DNA of 64,000 bases. Source: Camelus dromedarius. Taxonomy: Eukaryota. The stretch covers positions 108,626,001 through 108,690,000 of the forward strand of contig NC_087436.1 of NCBI RefSeq assembly GCF_036321535.1, given 5' to 3'. The notes under the pieces were generated by a model. It was not told the DNA's origin and searched no databases. It saw only the letters and a program-made list of their open reading frames with translations. Made by a program: the position numbers and the translations under genes. Positions 60,960 through 64,000 of the stretch are shown here, in pieces; positions within the stretch are counted from its first letter, which is position 1, and each line of letters starts with the position of its first letter.

Positions 60960-61079
60960 AAGAGAACTCAGGAAGCCAGACAGGCAGTGTCAAGAAATTC
61001 ACGTAGAGCATTTTCAGTGACCGTATCCTTAAAAACTGAGAGAAGAACTTGTTGCAAGACCTTGCCAAACTAAATCACT

Positions 61080-61830
61080 TCCAGATGCTGCATTTCGTTG
61101 AACCATCCCCTGCCACTCTCCATTCTGAACCCCAGGTTAGCTCAGCCATGACAATGTACCGAATATCCTGCGTTCCTTCATCCTTCCACACCATTCGTAT
61201 GCTGTTCTTTCCAGGCACATTGCTTACCCACCCACGCCCTGCCCCACGTCCCAGGCAAAATCCTAATTCTCCTTCCAAACCTGTCTCAACTTGCACCCCC
61301 TTCCCTGGCACACTCATTCGACCCACAGCATTTCCATTCCTCCATGCTTCTGTGGAATCTTGAACATGTCTCCATCATAGCTCTTGATACATAACACCCT
61401 CATTTATCATTTGACCTATCTGCTTTCCCCTTTAGATCATGGGTCCTTGCAGGGAGACACTTAGGGCTCATAGTAGGGAGTGTCTGATTTGAAAGCTGGT
61501 CAAGGGCAAGCTCCTTCCTATCTCAGGGCCACTGCAGCTGCTCTTCCTTCACACAGTATACGTTGTTGCCAAGCAAGGGTAGGAGGAGATCAAATGTCAC
61601 CTCCTGGAAGAAACCTGCAATAGCTAACTCCCCAGTGGGACTCTGTCACGTTGCTCTATATGATTTGCTCTAAGGCACTTACGGAGCATCTAAATTTCCT
61701 TTATATACTTGTCTTCTTTAGTGTCCATCTCTCTCCTCTGGAATGCAAGCTTCTTGAGGGCAGAAGTCCCTCTATTCCATCTGCTGTTATATGCCAGGGC
61801 CTAGAATAGTGTCTCAATCAACATAGTAGA
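61080..61830 (+). mobile_element. L2 fragments
   Basis: gtgtccatctctctcctctggaatgcaagcttcttgagggcagaag...gccagggcctagaatagtgtct..catagtaga (L2 3' end). Confidence 0.6.
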
Positions 61831-61869
61831 TGGTAAATTAAGATTTGTCTTAACCAACTTTCAAATCAA

Positions 61870-61970
61870 ATAGACTTAGGTTTAATCCCTGGCTGTATTG
61901 ATCCCAATTGGTATTCATGGGCAAGATAGATAACCTCTCTATGCCTCAATTTCCTCCATTCTGAGGCTGT
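61870..61970 (+). mobile_element. MIR fragment
   Basis: agacttaggtttaatccctggct...gggcaagatagataacctctctatgcctcaatttcctc. Confidence 0.55.
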
Positions 61971-63369
61971 TTATTGCTACCCTATTGATACAACCATTTT
62001 TAAGGGGGAAAAAATAAACACTGTATTCAATGAGCAGATCAACCAAAAGTTGCATGCAATTTTCAGGAAAATTAAAATCTCAAGGGAAATAATGTTTTAG
62101 AACCACACTGATTCACAACAATTGTTCACAATAAATGGATAATACTTCCCTAGAAGGGTGGCTTCTATGTTTAAATAAGAAGGTGTCTGGGGCACCTGGC
62201 AAGGACCTGGTCCCGCTTTTCCACTGTATCCAAAGTCACTCTATATTCAAACCATGCAAAAATGCTGGGTACCGGCTCCCTCAAATTTGATCACTCTATT
62301 TTCAAATAAAGTTGTGCCAAACTATATTCATAGTGAAATTCATCAAACTTGTCCCACTGTTCAGCATAATTTGGAAGCCTGTATAGTCTAAGCTCTCAGG
62401 CAAGGTAAATATTGGAAAAAACATTCATATGCAGATCTAATACATAAATATTTACTTATACACACACTATGTTTTAAGGCAGTTTATTTAATAGATAAGT
62501 ATTAAATATAAATTCTCTTAACCATCTGTTGTCAGAGCTGAAACAATTAAAACCTTTTACAATTAGGCCCTTTGGTATTTTTTTCAGAAAATATTTCAAT
62601 AAATGAGGGAAAGTGGGAAAGGCCCAATGATTACTAATTAGTATTATCTGCCATACCTGTATTGACAAGGTATATTCTCCTAGTTATTAGAGAAATATGT
62701 AATGTGCTTGCCAATTCAGAAGATGCCAGTGACTAGCTTTGCCTCTGGGGTGAGGCACTCAGTGTTACCAGATGAGTCAGAAAAAACTCATTAAATCTTT
62801 CCAGACATCTGATCTTCAGTTAACAATAATCTTGGAACCCCTGGTGTTTTACAAGGAGCCTCCAGCTGTAGCATAGAATTTCCTCCCGTGAAAGTGACAT
62901 TTGATATGAAAAGGTCTGTAGTTTTCCACATGAGTTAGGATTTCTCTAAGCCATTTCCAAGTAACACCTTGTTGATTCCTCAGAGATGCTCCATCAACTG
63001 TCCCATCTCTCTCTGCTTTAACTTCTTTTTCTCTTATGAAAAATCAATAGGTTTATATGTTATGCCTAAATCATCCCGTTCCCACTTTCTCCCTCTCCTC
63101 TGACATTTATTTGAAACCCTTAAAACAGAAACACTCCTGTTCTTAATCCAACATCCCCATTCCATTGAGTTTCCATTCATGTTGCTCTTCTGGACCAAGG
63201 ACACTCATCTTGTAAAAATGAATGAAATTAGGTTTCACTTTAATGACTCTATGCATTTAAAATGAATTATCATTCACTAAGTATGAAACCCCCTTTTTTT
63301 CCCTTTTGACACAGGCTTTCCCTCACCCATTCCAACTTTTCTATTCTCTCTCATAGCAATTGTTGAGGC

Positions 63370-63720
63370 TTCTCTTCTGTAATGTTCTCCAGGACTCTGA
63401 CCTTGACCGTGCTACCCTCTTGCCTTAAGCAGAATTGTATATTACAGTGGTTATGGCCACAGACCAAGTGTGTTGACTACCTCTCCAGGATACCTATGCA
63501 GTAATGATCCAATGACACTGTGACCTCGTTGTGGATTTACTACTTCCACATGGCCAAATGTATTCCTTCTTGTTCTCCATCTCATCACTATCCATTAGTT
63601 ACCCAAACTAGAAATCTGGGAGTCACTCTTAAACCATCTCCTTTCTTACTTAATCACTAAATCATGATCATTTATACCTCTCAGAAAGTCATTTGAATCT
63701 TCCCTCTCTGCTTTATTTCT
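63370..63720 (+). mobile_element. L2 fragment
   Basis: catcactatccattagttacccaaactagaaatctgggagtcactcttaaaccatctcctttc. Confidence 0.6.
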
Positions 63721-63750
63721 ACTAGAATTGAACTTGAATAAGCTTTACCC

Positions 63751-64000
63751 TTTTTTAAATTTAATTTTTGTATTGATGCATTGTCAGTTTACAATGCTGT
63801 GTTAATTTATGGTGTACATCATAGTAATTCAGTTGTACATATATATATATGTATATATATATACATATATATATATTCCTTCTCATATTATTTTTCATTA
63901 TAGGCTATTACACGGTATTGAATATAGTTCCCTGTGCTATACAGTAGGATGTTGTTTCTTAACTATTTTATATAAAGCAGTTAGTGTCTGCCAATCCCAG
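63751..64000 (-). mobile_element. Artiodactyl-type L1 3' UTR (runs off the window end), with a (TA)n expansion
   Basis: agtttacaatgctgtgttaatttatggtgtacatcatag...ttcattataggctattacacggtattgaatatagttccctgtgctatacagtagg. Confidence 0.88.

Noticed and set aside
4004..62780. Apparent excess of TGA(C/G)TCA AP-1 heptamers across the window
   Set aside because: TG/CA-rich words are inflated in CpG-depleted genomes, and I cannot show enrichment without a background model.
1..64000. Remaining 60-130 aa ORFs in the track
   Set aside because: No recognisable domains, several use non-ATG starts, and many fall within repeats or microsatellites, consistent with chance.
1..64000. CRISPR array, operon or prokaryotic defence system
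   Set aside because: The sequence is clearly mammalian, with no regularly spaced repeat-spacer array or gene-dense region.

Overview
AT-rich, CpG-depleted, repeat-dense mammalian non-coding DNA. A tRNA-derived SINE resembling the camelid vic-1 family (29622-29757) and artiodactyl-type L1 3' UTRs point to a camelid genome. I find no host protein-coding exon, RNA gene or CRISPR array. Almost all ORFs in the track are chance ORFs, and several I checked start at GTG rather than ATG. The only recognisable proteins are LINE-1 ORF1/ORF2 remnants. The window holds ancient repeats (MIR, L2, L3/CR1, MaLR/ERVL/ERV1 solo LTRs, MER5/58/82/102/117 DNA transposons, L1M elements) plus a few younger insertions. 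The most notable object is a young 2.87-kb L1 derivative on the minus strand (47787-50656) between perfect 16-bp TSDs. It has a complete CpG-rich 5' UTR, a full-length but twice-frameshifted ORF1, and part of the inter-ORF spacer fused directly to the last ~122 codons of ORF2 and the 3' UTR, so EN, RT and the CCHC motif are missing (half-L1/HAL1-like architecture). It is the third layer of a four-level nest: MIR > MLT1B > L1 derivative > solo poly(A) insert. A minus-strand bias of L1s and LTRs suggests the window is intronic in a plus-strand transcription unit. Repeat family names come from recalled consensus similarity, not a database search, and boundaries of ancient repeats are approximate.
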